IMG/VR virus record: IMGVR_UViG_3300025389_000014
Coordinates: 48,190-112,189 of that record
Strand: one strand, 5' to 3'
Length of the DNA stretch: 64,000 nt
From: a virus
Lineage: Duplodnaviria > Caudoviricetes
How positions within the stretch are numbered: the stretch's first letter is position 1; every line of letters starts with the position of its first letter. Below, in pieces: positions 28,107 through 36,526 of the stretch. The translations under genes and the position numbers were made by a program. Under the pieces are notes generated by a model. It was not told where the DNA came from, searched no databases, and saw only the letters and a program-made list of their open reading frames with translations.

Positions 28107-28493
28107 TTATCCCTGGTCTTCCTCCTCTGGTGGTAAAACTGGTTTAGGATACTTCCTTGGCCTACCCATGGGTCTAGTACCCTTGGGAGGTTTTGGAGGA
28201 TATTTCCTGGGGCGACCCATGACTTTGGGTCTTAATGCTTCCTCTGCCCGTTCAATTTTCCTGCGCTCCGCGTTCTCTCTACGGATACTCCTCTCCTCAT
28301 TAACCACCCCGATGATCTTATATCTCAACATCCTCGAGATTTCTCTCAATTCGTTGATCATTTTCCTTATATCGGTTCTAGCCATGGAAGTAGGAGTAAG
28401 GACAAAATCTCTATTGCGATTGTGGAGCTCTGCCATCTTGCTCACCAATCGACTATATTCTTGTTTGTAGTCTTCTAGTTTAGGCCTCGACAT
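28107..28493 (-). CDS. Basic nucleoid-type protein with two AT-hooks
   Basis: MGRPRKYP occurs twice near the C-terminus; basic helical N-half and acidic EEED tail. Start is ATG 28493 or the tracked 28502. Confidence 0.6.
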   Translation of the reverse strand: MSRPKLEDYKQEYSRLVSKMAELHNRNRDFVLTPTSMARTDIRKMINELREISRMLRYKIIGVVNEERSIRRENAERRKIERAEEALRPKVMGRPRKYPPKPPKGTRPMGRPRKYPKPVLPPEEEDQG

Positions 28494-30264
28494 AATCCGC
28501 ACTGTTTGAGTATGAAGTAAATCCGTTTTCCTTGATCACACGGAGAACATTATTTACACGACCTATCAGTTCATCCTTGTGTGATATTAGGTATATGTTC
28601 TTGTTTCTCTCTCGAGCCATCTTTTTCAATACTGCCAAGGCTGATTCAACACCTGCAGAATCCATACCCGCATCGACTAACTCGTCTATAAACAATAAGT
28701 TTATGCTCTGATATAGCCCTTCCCATACATCTCGGAAGGCGAAACTCATGCTGAGTATCAGGCGATTACGCTCGCCTCTAGACAGATTATCGAAGTCTAG
28801 ATCCTGCCCCAGCTGTGTGATCTCAACATTGAGATCATTTTGGAACACGACCTGATGTGGCAATCCCAGCTTGTTTATATAGTAGCTGAGACGCTTGTTT
28901 AAGTACAAGAGGTTCTGATCGATGATCTTTTTACGGATGAATGAATCTTTGTTGGTTAACAATTTATATAAGAACTCCTGATGATCTTTCAACCTGGTCA
29001 AACTGTTAACCGTGTCCCAAGATATCTCCTGTAGAGCGGTTTTTTTCAGTTCTTCAACTTGTTCATCATAAGGATTCTGTTCATCTATTCGAGCGGTTAG
29101 GCTCTTTTCCAGCGTGTCTAGATTGTTTTTATGACCCAGTGCTTCTGCTTCTGTGTCATAGAATGTCTGAGGACGATGTGCTAGATCACCAATATCGCCG
29201 ATTAGCCTGTTGGTCGCTGACAGTTCATCGCTGATCTTCGTTTGATATTCCAGTGCGTCAGACAGATTTTTTTCAGCCGCCGAAGTCATTTCTTCGTGTT
29301 TGTGATCGTGTAGGTCCTGCTCACAGGCTGGGCAGGTCTTATCTAGCAACTGCTCTATTTCTCTTGTGTATTTTTTCACGGTCTTATCGGCCTGTATCTG
29401 TGCAGATTCTAGGGTGGCCTTTTGTTTTCTCAGACCGGTCAGTTGATTGTTTTTTTCTGTCCAGGTTTTTAATTCTTGGTGTAGTGTCAACTCCTGTTCG
29501 ATATTGACATTTTCCAACTTCATTATGGCCTTGCCCATGCTTTCTATATCAGCTTCCTGTTTGTTGGCCCAGGCTGAACTCTTGATGATCAAGCTGTCTA
29601 TGCTTTTCTGCACGTTTTCATTGGCAGCCTTGATGGATTCGATCTTGTTATTTTCTAATGCGATGGCATCTCGGGTCTCTTTGGTCTGAACCTTCAGTGC
29701 TTCTGCCTTTTCACTCAGCATGGTGATGCCTAACAACTGCTCGATGACTTCACGCTGTTCTGTAGACTTCATACTCAAGAAAGGTTCTGTATAGGTATTC
29801 AGTGCTACTAGATGCTTGAACATGGTATGAGTAAGCCCCAACATCTGTTCGATGGCTTTCTGTGTTTCGCGGCTGTCGCCCTGTGCGTCATCTTCAGCAG
29901 AATTTGGATCTACCATTTCCTGATCGTTGACATAGAGTTTCAGTATGTTGGGCTTGCGGCCGCGTTCGATGCGATAGAATACACCTTCTTTTTCAAACTC
30001 CACAGTGACCAGCATGGCCTTGCCGTTGGTCTTGTTGATTAAATTTTCTCTGCGTATATTGGTCAGGGCCTGCCCATATAGGGCATAGCTAAGAGCGTTT
30101 AACAATGCGGTTTTTCCTACTCCATTCCTTGAACCACTATCTCCGCCGCCGAGGTCTAAATTTTCACCTAACACCAGTGTGAGATCATTCTCGCAGAAAT
30201 CAATTCCTTGTGTTTGATTTCCGATTGAAAGAAAGTTTTTTGCAGTTATTGATTTAATTATCAT
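28480..30264 (-). CDS. gp46: Recombination nuclease ATPase subunit, gp46/Rad50/SbcC-like
   Basis: Walker A GSRNGVGKT, CPAC zinc hook, LSRGE signature, Walker B LLFIDE and ISH motif. Confidence 0.95.
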   Translation of the reverse strand: MIIKSITAKNFLSIGNQTQGIDFCENDLTLVLGENLDLGGGDSGSRNGVGKTALLNALSYALYGQALTNIRRENLINKTNGKAMLVTVEFEKEGVFYRIERGRKPNILKLYVNDQEMVDPNSAEDDAQGDSRETQKAIEQMLGLTHTMFKHLVALNTYTEPFLSMKSTEQREVIEQLLGITMLSEKAEALKVQTKETRDAIALENNKIESIKAANENVQKSIDSLIIKSSAWANKQEADIESMGKAIMKLENVNIEQELTLHQELKTWTEKNNQLTGLRKQKATLESAQIQADKTVKKYTREIEQLLDKTCPACEQDLHDHKHEEMTSAAEKNLSDALEYQTKISDELSATNRLIGDIGDLAHRPQTFYDTEAEALGHKNNLDTLEKSLTARIDEQNPYDEQVEELKKTALQEISWDTVNSLTRLKDHQEFLYKLLTNKDSFIRKKIIDQNLLYLNKRLSYYINKLGLPHQVVFQNDLNVEITQLGQDLDFDNLSRGERNRLILSMSFAFRDVWEGLYQSINLLFIDELVDAGMDSAGVESALAVLKKMARERNKNIYLISHKDELIGRVNNVLRVIKENGFTSYSNSADYVEA

Positions 30265-30337
30265 TATTGTGTAAGAGTATAAGTTGTTTGAGTACTTCTA
30301 ATGTTATTGAAGATTTTGTATGTTTAGATATATTTTC
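30254..30337 (-). pseudogene. Possible 3' remnant of an HNH homing endonuclease gene
   Basis: The AT-rich gp47-gp46 spacer translates without a start to ENISKHTKSSITLEVLKQLILLHNNDN*, resembling phage HNH C-termini. Confidence 0.4.
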
Positions 30338-31349
30338 AAAGCCCATTGTATATCTCCAATAAGGTGGTGCGATCAAACTGTTCGCTGTCTATATTCACCA
30401 GCTGTTCCATGACTATCTGATCTACTGATTCGAATTTGGCATCTGGATTGTCATCTATGGTTCCGTCCAGGTTGGTCTTGTCCTGTATGAGACTGATCTC
30501 ACGGATGTCATAATCTGTGATAAAGGTTTCTTTGATAAAATTGGCTTCTTCAAAGCTGATATCTATGTCAAGATTTACCTTGATGTACATCTTGCTCTTC
30601 ATGATGTCATCTTTGCGATCTATCAGCTCTGATAATTTAACCGTTCGATATTTAGGACAGTTGGGCCAATCGATAAATTCTGGAGTACCGCCCCACTCTA
30701 GCGTCATCATGCCACGAGCATCATCCCAGGTGTCGGCGAAGTTGTGCGGAAAGGCATTACCTATGTACCAGATGTTGCCCTTGTTCTGTCGCTTATGGAA
30801 ATGACCTGAGAACACATATTCAGGACCTTTGAAAGCATCTGCCTGTAATTCGCCGTGATCGGGCATCTGTACCATAGCGTTCATGAAGAACAAGGGTAAT
30901 TCTAGATGACCAAACACATAGCGGCTCTTGATCTTGTCCATGGTACGCCACTCATCTTCTACCAACCAAGGAACCAAGGTGACATCATCAAGAGTCGTAA
31001 TACCATCTACGACAGTGACTCCCGGAATGTGCCTACCAAAGGCACTGGAATGAATGTCACGCTTGTCCTTATAGAATAGATCGTGATTACCGGGAAACCA
31101 GTAGAACTGCTCAAAGGCAGCACCTAGTTTTTCTAATAGGTTTAGCGATGTATTAAGAGTGTATAGATTTAAGCTATTTCTATTGTGCGACCAATCACCC
31201 ATAAAAATACAGGTTTCGCAGTTGGCTTTTTTAGCCTCGTCGATAAACCAGTCTACATATTCTTCACAATCTTTTAGATGAACCAAGCTGTTGGACTTAA
31301 GGCCAACATGGAGGTCCGTAAACACTGCTACCTTTTTAAACAAGGGCAT
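30336..31349 (-). CDS. gp47: Recombination nuclease subunit, gp47/Mre11/SbcD-like
   Basis: TDLHVG, GDW, GNHD, GHLE and SGHFH metallophosphoesterase motifs. Confidence 0.95.
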   Translation of the reverse strand: MPLFKKVAVFTDLHVGLKSNSLVHLKDCEEYVDWFIDEAKKANCETCIFMGDWSHNRNSLNLYTLNTSLNLLEKLGAAFEQFYWFPGNHDLFYKDKRDIHSSAFGRHIPGVTVVDGITTLDDVTLVPWLVEDEWRTMDKIKSRYVFGHLELPLFFMNAMVQMPDHGELQADAFKGPEYVFSGHFHKRQNKGNIWYIGNAFPHNFADTWDDARGMMTLEWGGTPEFIDWPNCPKYRTVKLSELIDRKDDIMKSKMYIKVNLDIDISFEEANFIKETFITDYDIREISLIQDKTNLDGTIDDNPDAKFESVDQIVMEQLVNIDSEQFDRTTLLEIYNGL

Positions 31350-31369
31350 ATATAATTCTCCTTACAACG

Positions 31370-31398
31370 AGTTTAACTGCTAGATTGGAGGAAGTCAA
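31370..31398 (-). promoter_or_regulatory. Sigma70-type promoter for gp47/gp46
   Basis: TTGACT-17 nt-TAAACT, followed by an AAGGAGA RBS. Confidence 0.65.
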
Positions 31399-32303
31399 GC
31401 TGATGTTTCTTCAACATCGTCCGAAAGATCATCTTCGCTCTTTGGCATACGCATATTTTTATATAAGGTGGCCTGTCGAGCGATCTCATCAGCATACTCT
31501 TGTGAGTGTTGACGTGTCATGCTAGGTGTTAATCCGTGTTCTTCTAGCATGTCATCTCGGATGTTTTGATTCTTTTTCTCTAGATTTAGAATTCGAGTGA
31601 ACGAATTAGTCACTGCCGCAGTATAATAGGCAAATGGATTCTCAGATTTGCTTTCATCGAATTGTAATCCAATTTGGCTTAATTGTAGGATGGCCTGTCC
31701 ACGCATCTCATCGATGTAGGTATAACCACGCCAGTTGCTACGCTGGGCATATCTTTCGCTGAGCTTGATAAACATCTTGCCTAGATTTTCTGTGATGCGT
31801 CCGTGATCCTTGCTGAACTTGCCAGTCTTCATCCCACCTTGCCAGTGGCTCTTACCCACACAGATCAGTTCATCTGCGGCATTGAACTTCCAATGTTGGA
31901 ATGGGGGAAAGTTGACTTTGTCATGACTGTCAGCACGAGTCTTGGTAGTTTTCTTGCGACCCGGTGCCAGTGGTATATGATCGAAGGTCATGATGCGAAT
32001 CACGATGTCTGTCTTGGGTATGGTTTGGTAAGCAGGAGTACATTCTGCCAATTTGATCTTTTTGTCTCCGCTGGCACGAGCCTGGGCGAATGCCTGTAGA
32101 CCTATGCGTTTGGCACGGGCACGCTTGGCATCTGCTATGGTGCGGATATTGACCTTATCAAGACTAGTCAGGATGATATCGTGCTGGCTGTATTCGGCTT
32201 TGGTAAAACTGGAATATGAGCATTTGCTACGATGTATTTCTGCTAGGAGGTCTCTATTATTGAGGTATTTTACTTTTCTTGTTGAAATTGGAAGAGCTGT
32301 CAT
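31395..32303 (-). CDS. gp55: Late-transcription sigma factor, gp55-like; start revised to MTALPISTRKVKYLNN
   Basis: YLNNRDLL, LGKMFIKLSERYA...NWRGYTYIDEM and FDESKSENPFAYYT...F.RI...EKK motifs, with a ~130 aa insertion relative to T4 gp55. Confidence 0.88.
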   Translation of the reverse strand: MTALPISTRKVKYLNNRDLLAEIHRSKCSYSSFTKAEYSQHDIILTSLDKVNIRTIADAKRARAKRIGLQAFAQARASGDKKIKLAECTPAYQTIPKTDIVIRIMTFDHIPLAPGRKKTTKTRADSHDKVNFPPFQHWKFNAADELICVGKSHWQGGMKTGKFSKDHGRITENLGKMFIKLSERYAQRSNWRGYTYIDEMRGQAILQLSQIGLQFDESKSENPFAYYTAAVTNSFTRILNLEKKNQNIRDDMLEEHGLTPSMTRQHSQEYADEIARQATLYKNMRMPKSEDDLSDDVEETSA

Positions 32304-32329
32304 CTTTTTATTATTATCCTTATGTACTA

Positions 32330-32357
32330 AGTGTAGCACAAAAAATACAGTTGTCAA
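32330..32357 (-). promoter_or_regulatory. Sigma70-type promoter for gp55
   Basis: TTGACA-16 nt-TACACT with an extended -10 (TGc). Confidence 0.65.
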
Positions 32358-32363
32358 CCTGGG

Positions 32364-32398
32364 TAAATAAAACTAGTAGTTTATTTATCGGGTAAATA
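32364..32398. promoter_or_regulatory. Cluster of three late promoter cores (+32364, -32382, +32393)
   Basis: ggTAAATA twice on + ahead of the baseplate operon; gaTAAATA on - pointing at gp55. Confidence 0.6.
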
Positions 32399-32417
32399 CT
32401 ATATCAGAGGAAAATAA

Positions 32418-33161
32418 ATGTCATTGTTAGACTTAGTAGGTAAAACAGGATTAACCGGACTCCAGAGATTTTTAGGAGGTGATAAATCCACATCTAGGTT
32501 GCCTAATGTGAATTTCTATGATCGTACGGGATCTCAATTAAAAAGTGATCACAGAGTACGCATACAGGTTCCCGATAGCTATGTCGCAGGAACATATACC
32601 AGTGGAGGCACTAGCTCTATCCCACCTAAGGTTCTAACCAATCTAAAAGGCATTGTATTCCCTTATACCCCAACGATCAATGTAGAACACAAGGCCGATT
32701 ATAGTCCTATGCAGGTCACACACAGCAACTTCCAACAGAATTTTTACAGACACAGCAGTGTAGGAACGATCACGGTCACAGGACAATTCAGTGTACAGAA
32801 CGACAGTGACGCTGAAATATATCTATCAACTGTACACCTATTAAGAGCATTGACTAAAATGAGCACCGGCCTAGATGCTATTCCAGGTAGTCCACCTCCT
32901 GTTTGTAGACTGTTTGCCTATGGAGAGTGGATGTTGAATAATGTTCCAGTGGCTATTACTAGCTTCCGTACTGATTTGCCAGACAAGGTAGACTACTTTG
33001 CTCTGTCTAGCACAAACACTACATTTAAGAATGACACTATGGTTCCTACACTGTCGTCAATCACAGTGGCCATGATGCCTATGTACAGTAGGGCCGAACA
33101 ACAGCAATTTTCAATCAAGGATTGGTTGGCTGGCAATCTTAACAAGAACGGATATCTATAA
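32418..33161 (+). CDS. Baseplate/tail-tube initiator-like protein (gp48/gp54-like position)
   Basis: GIVFPYTPTI...ITVTGQF...GSPPPVCRL.AYG...NVPV.ITSF motif; first gene of the baseplate operon. Confidence 0.55.
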   Translation: MSLLDLVGKTGLTGLQRFLGGDKSTSRLPNVNFYDRTGSQLKSDHRVRIQVPDSYVAGTYTSGGTSSIPPKVLTNLKGIVFPYTPTINVEHKADYSPMQVTHSNFQQNFYRHSSVGTITVTGQFSVQNDSDAEIYLSTVHLLRALTKMSTGLDAIPGSPPPVCRLFAYGEWMLNNVPVAITSFRTDLPDKVDYFALSSTNTTFKNDTMVPTLSSITVAMMPMYSRAEQQQFSIKDWLAGNLNKNGYL

Positions 33162-33463
33162 TGGCAGCGACCTACGGAAAGACCAGTCCTTATTATTCAA
33201 CATCCCAAAACAACGGATATCTCGATGTTATCTCATTTAGGGATATACCTGCCAGTACAGATGATCTCCTATATCAATTAGATAAAAAATACGAATATAG
33301 GCCCGAACTACTGGCCTATGATGCCTATGGAGATGTAGACCTATGGTGGGTATTTGCTGTCCGGAACAAAAACATCATACAGGATCCTGTTTTCGATATG
33401 GTCGCTGGATTAAAAATTTACCTACCAAGTCTGCCCAGTCTACAAGCCGCATTGGGGATCTAG
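33161..33463 (+). CDS. gp53: Baseplate wedge protein, gp53-like (LysM-like)
   Basis: YRPELLAYDAYGDVDLWWVFAVRN motif. Confidence 0.8.
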   Translation: MAATYGKTSPYYSTSQNNGYLDVISFRDIPASTDDLLYQLDKKYEYRPELLAYDAYGDVDLWWVFAVRNKNIIQDPVFDMVAGLKIYLPSLPSLQAALGI

Positions 33464-36400
33464 ATGGCAGATAATAGTAGTTATCTTTCGAACATACAGG
33501 CTCTTCAATCAGCATTGGCCAAAGTAGACCAGAACAGCGTGGCTGGTCAAGCTATAAAATCGCAGATCGCTTCTCTAGCTGAACAACAGGTATCTGCTAG
33601 ATCTACGTCTCGAGATAAAGGAGACACAGTTGAAAGAAAAACGCCCGGTACAACTAATACCACTGCCGCTGTATCGTCCTCTACGGTATATGGTTCTAAA
33701 GAAGTCAACGTCCTATCTAAGTACAGATCCTATACCTACAGATTTACCCTAGCCTGTCTGACCAAAGATCAACTCAACGACCCTAAGACCTATAATCAAG
33801 GCAACAAGTTAGATCGAGTTATATTGAAATCTGGAGGAAAAGGACAAGGTGCAATCAATGGCAACGATGCTATCAAGAGCCAGATTACTGCCAACAACAA
33901 TCTATTGAATGCCGTCGAAGTCAGTCCGGAAGAAACTGATAAGGCCACAAAAAATATAGAAAAATTGAATTCCTATTCCAAGTTGGTAGCAGATTTTAAT
34001 CAATACAGTGCAGGACGATTTGACATGTTCATAGAAAATGTCCAAGTAGAAAGCATGGCAGCATTTACAAAAGCCTCCAATGCTACCTTGCCTACTCGTT
34101 TATCGTTTGAGGTCATAGAACCTTATAGTGTCAATGGATTCCTAGAAGCTCTATCTGCTGCCGCATGGACTGCAGGATGGACTACCTATATCGAAGCTCC
34201 ATATGTGCTCTTAGTAGAATGGATAGGATACCCAGATACACCGGGTATTTCTAATCCCGTGGTGCTAAATGAAAATCGATATTTTACTATCAGATTCAAT
34301 GCCATGGATATGTCTATCACTGAAAACGGCACGGTGTATAAATGTGAAGCCTATCCGTGGAATGAACAGGTGCATGGAATCACAGGAAAACTGATAGGAA
34401 ATACTTCAGTAGAGGGAGATACGGTCGGTGAAATACTGTCAAATCTAGCCATAGCGTTTAACAAACAGCTAGATGTAAATAGAGAACAGACTAAAAAAGA
34501 AACCAGCCAAGCGATACAACTACATGATCTCATCGATGTAAAGTTTGATACTTTTGATAGCAAGGGCAACCGCGTCAAAGATACAAATACTTTGATAGGC
34601 CAATATGATGTCAATAATGAAATAGCCAAATCGGAACTGTACAATTCTAATGATGCTAGGCAATATGCCATGCTAGACCCACAGTCTCAAACATCCAACG
34701 AACCAAATTATCCCGATGTCAATGCTAAGAACCGCATACAGATCAGTGCCGGAACAGATAAAAAATCACAGATACAGTTCAGCTTCAACACTGATTTTAG
34801 GAACATCATAGCAGAAGTAATAGTCAACAGCCAATATATAAGGTCAAAGTTAAAAGACATGGATGGCAACGGTGGCAAAGAAAGCGTTGATGCTAACGCT
34901 ATGGTTGATTATTTTCTAATAGGAACTGAAACTGAAGAAATCAAGGAACGGGATGAACTACGGAATAAACCCCTGCGCAAACATATTTTTAGGATCAGTC
35001 CTTATAAGATACATCGTGGTAAATTCCCTGGATTTGCTAAACTACAACAGAGTCTCCAAGATCTGCAAAAAATCAGTTGCCGTTCCTACAATTATATCTA
35101 TACAGGAAAAAATACAGAAATACTAAATTTCAAACTAGAATACAATTATCTATTTTATGAGGCTATTCCCAAAGCCTCGGGCGTGACTGATTCTCCTAAA
35201 ACTAAAAATACCGCACAGCCTGAAAATGTCACCAATCCGACAGAAACTGGTCAACAGCAAACCGAAGCCACGAGAGACAGACGATTGGCCGTAGATTCTG
35301 CTCCTGTATCTACTACAGCAGAAGATCCTAAGAGCAGTGGACCTGCAGGCAGGAATGCCGTCCAGGCACAGGGAGATCCTTATCAGGCCATGGCTGAAAA
35401 TCTGCATCGTGCTCTTGTGGACCCAAAAGCCAGCATGATTTTGGCTACAATAGATATCATGGGAGATCCTTTTTTCTTAGTCACGGGGGGTATAGGCAAC
35501 CAATCTAAAACCGATGGTACCAACAGCGGTGTAGGACCCACACAGGCCAATCACACCTATGGTCAATTGATAATCGACATAAGATTCCAAAATCCTCAAG
35601 ACATAGGTTCTAATGGATTTATTACCTATAATCCCAAAAACAACAGTCCCTTCCATGGTGCTTACGGAGTGACAAAGATCACCAGCACTTTTAGGGATGG
35701 CACATTTAAACAGAATTTAGAACTATTTAAGATAGCAGGGCAAGATACTACCAATACCATACAACAATTAGAAACTGATCGAGGAATCACTGAGACAGCA
35801 GACAGTGCTAGCGAGACAACAAATGATGCCAGAGATAAATCTACGGAATCTGTACCTAGTACTGGCATTCCTATATCTGCTTTCAAATTAGGAGCGGTTA
35901 GTCCATCTAGCAATTACGCCAATATCTCTGGAGGACTTGGTCAAGGTCCTTTGACACAGGCCTTTGGTGCTGTGACAGACGGCGCGGGGAAACTTACCGC
36001 ACAGGCCAATATATACGGCAATGCCATCCTGGGGGGAACACCGTCTCCTATAATAAATTTTTATCCTTCTCAGGTATCTTCTAAAATAGATTCAACGATA
36101 GCCAACATACAGGGAAATGCAAATCGATTATTTCCAAATTATATTCCTAATCCCGATTTACGATTATCTGGATTGACAGGGGGGGCTGTTGGTAATGCCC
36201 AGTCGTACCTACAGGCAGTGTCGAATACAGTACCGACGAATATCAACCTATCTCAACTACAATCAGATGGATTGAGTTTTAGGAATCTAAAAGATTTTAG
36301 TAATATACCCCCAGGCCAACCAAAAACGGTAGCAGATAATCCGGAAAGCTCATTAAGTATCGACGAACAACAGATAGTGGCCAAGGGTGGTATACAAGGT

Positions 36401-36523
36401 CTAGCAGATGCCCGAGGAGTTGGACTTTCAGAATTGTCAGCTAATCTTAAGAAAGAAGCCACAGCTATCGTTGCTAGAAACAATAAGATCAGTCCTTTGA
36501 TAAAATTTATAAGACAGGAATAG
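33464..36523 (+). CDS. Baseplate hub protein, gp27-like with extensions (1019 aa)
   Basis: Lies between gp53 and gp5; has I.GDP and GAYGVTKITSTF..G.F.Q.L hub-like C-terminal motifs. Confidence 0.6.
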   Translation: MADNSSYLSNIQALQSALAKVDQNSVAGQAIKSQIASLAEQQVSARSTSRDKGDTVERKTPGTTNTTAAVSSSTVYGSKEVNVLSKYRSYTYRFTLACLTKDQLNDPKTYNQGNKLDRVILKSGGKGQGAINGNDAIKSQITANNNLLNAVEVSPEETDKATKNIEKLNSYSKLVADFNQYSAGRFDMFIENVQVESMAAFTKASNATLPTRLSFEVIEPYSVNGFLEALSAAAWTAGWTTYIEAPYVLLVEWIGYPDTPGISNPVVLNENRYFTIRFNAMDMSITENGTVYKCEAYPWNEQVHGITGKLIGNTSVEGDTVGEILSNLAIAFNKQLDVNREQTKKETSQAIQLHDLIDVKFDTFDSKGNRVKDTNTLIGQYDVNNEIAKSELYNSNDARQYAMLDPQSQTSNEPNYPDVNAKNRIQISAGTDKKSQIQFSFNTDFRNIIAEVIVNSQYIRSKLKDMDGNGGKESVDANAMVDYFLIGTETEEIKERDELRNKPLRKHIFRISPYKIHRGKFPGFAKLQQSLQDLQKISCRSYNYIYTGKNTEILNFKLEYNYLFYEAIPKASGVTDSPKTKNTAQPENVTNPTETGQQQTEATRDRRLAVDSAPVSTTAEDPKSSGPAGRNAVQAQGDPYQAMAENLHRALVDPKASMILATIDIMGDPFFLVTGGIGNQSKTDGTNSGVGPTQANHTYGQLIIDIRFQNPQDIGSNGFITYNPKNNSPFHGAYGVTKITSTFRDGTFKQNLELFKIAGQDTTNTIQQLETDRGITETADSASETTNDARDKSTESVPSTGIPISAFKLGAVSPSSNYANISGGLGQGPLTQAFGAVTDGAGKLTAQANIYGNAILGGTPSPIINFYPSQVSSKIDSTIANIQGNANRLFPNYIPNPDLRLSGLTGGAVGNAQSYLQAVSNTVPTNINLSQLQSDGLSFRNLKDFSNIPPGQPKTVADNPESSLSIDEQQIVAKGGIQGLADARGVGLSELSANLKKEATAIVARNNKISPLIKFIRQE

Positions 36524-36526
36524 CAA

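Noticed and set aside
15976-32303. Inteins or introns in gp23, gp20, gp46, gp47 or gp55
   Set aside because: The reading frames are continuous and of plausible length, and I saw no intein splice motifs.
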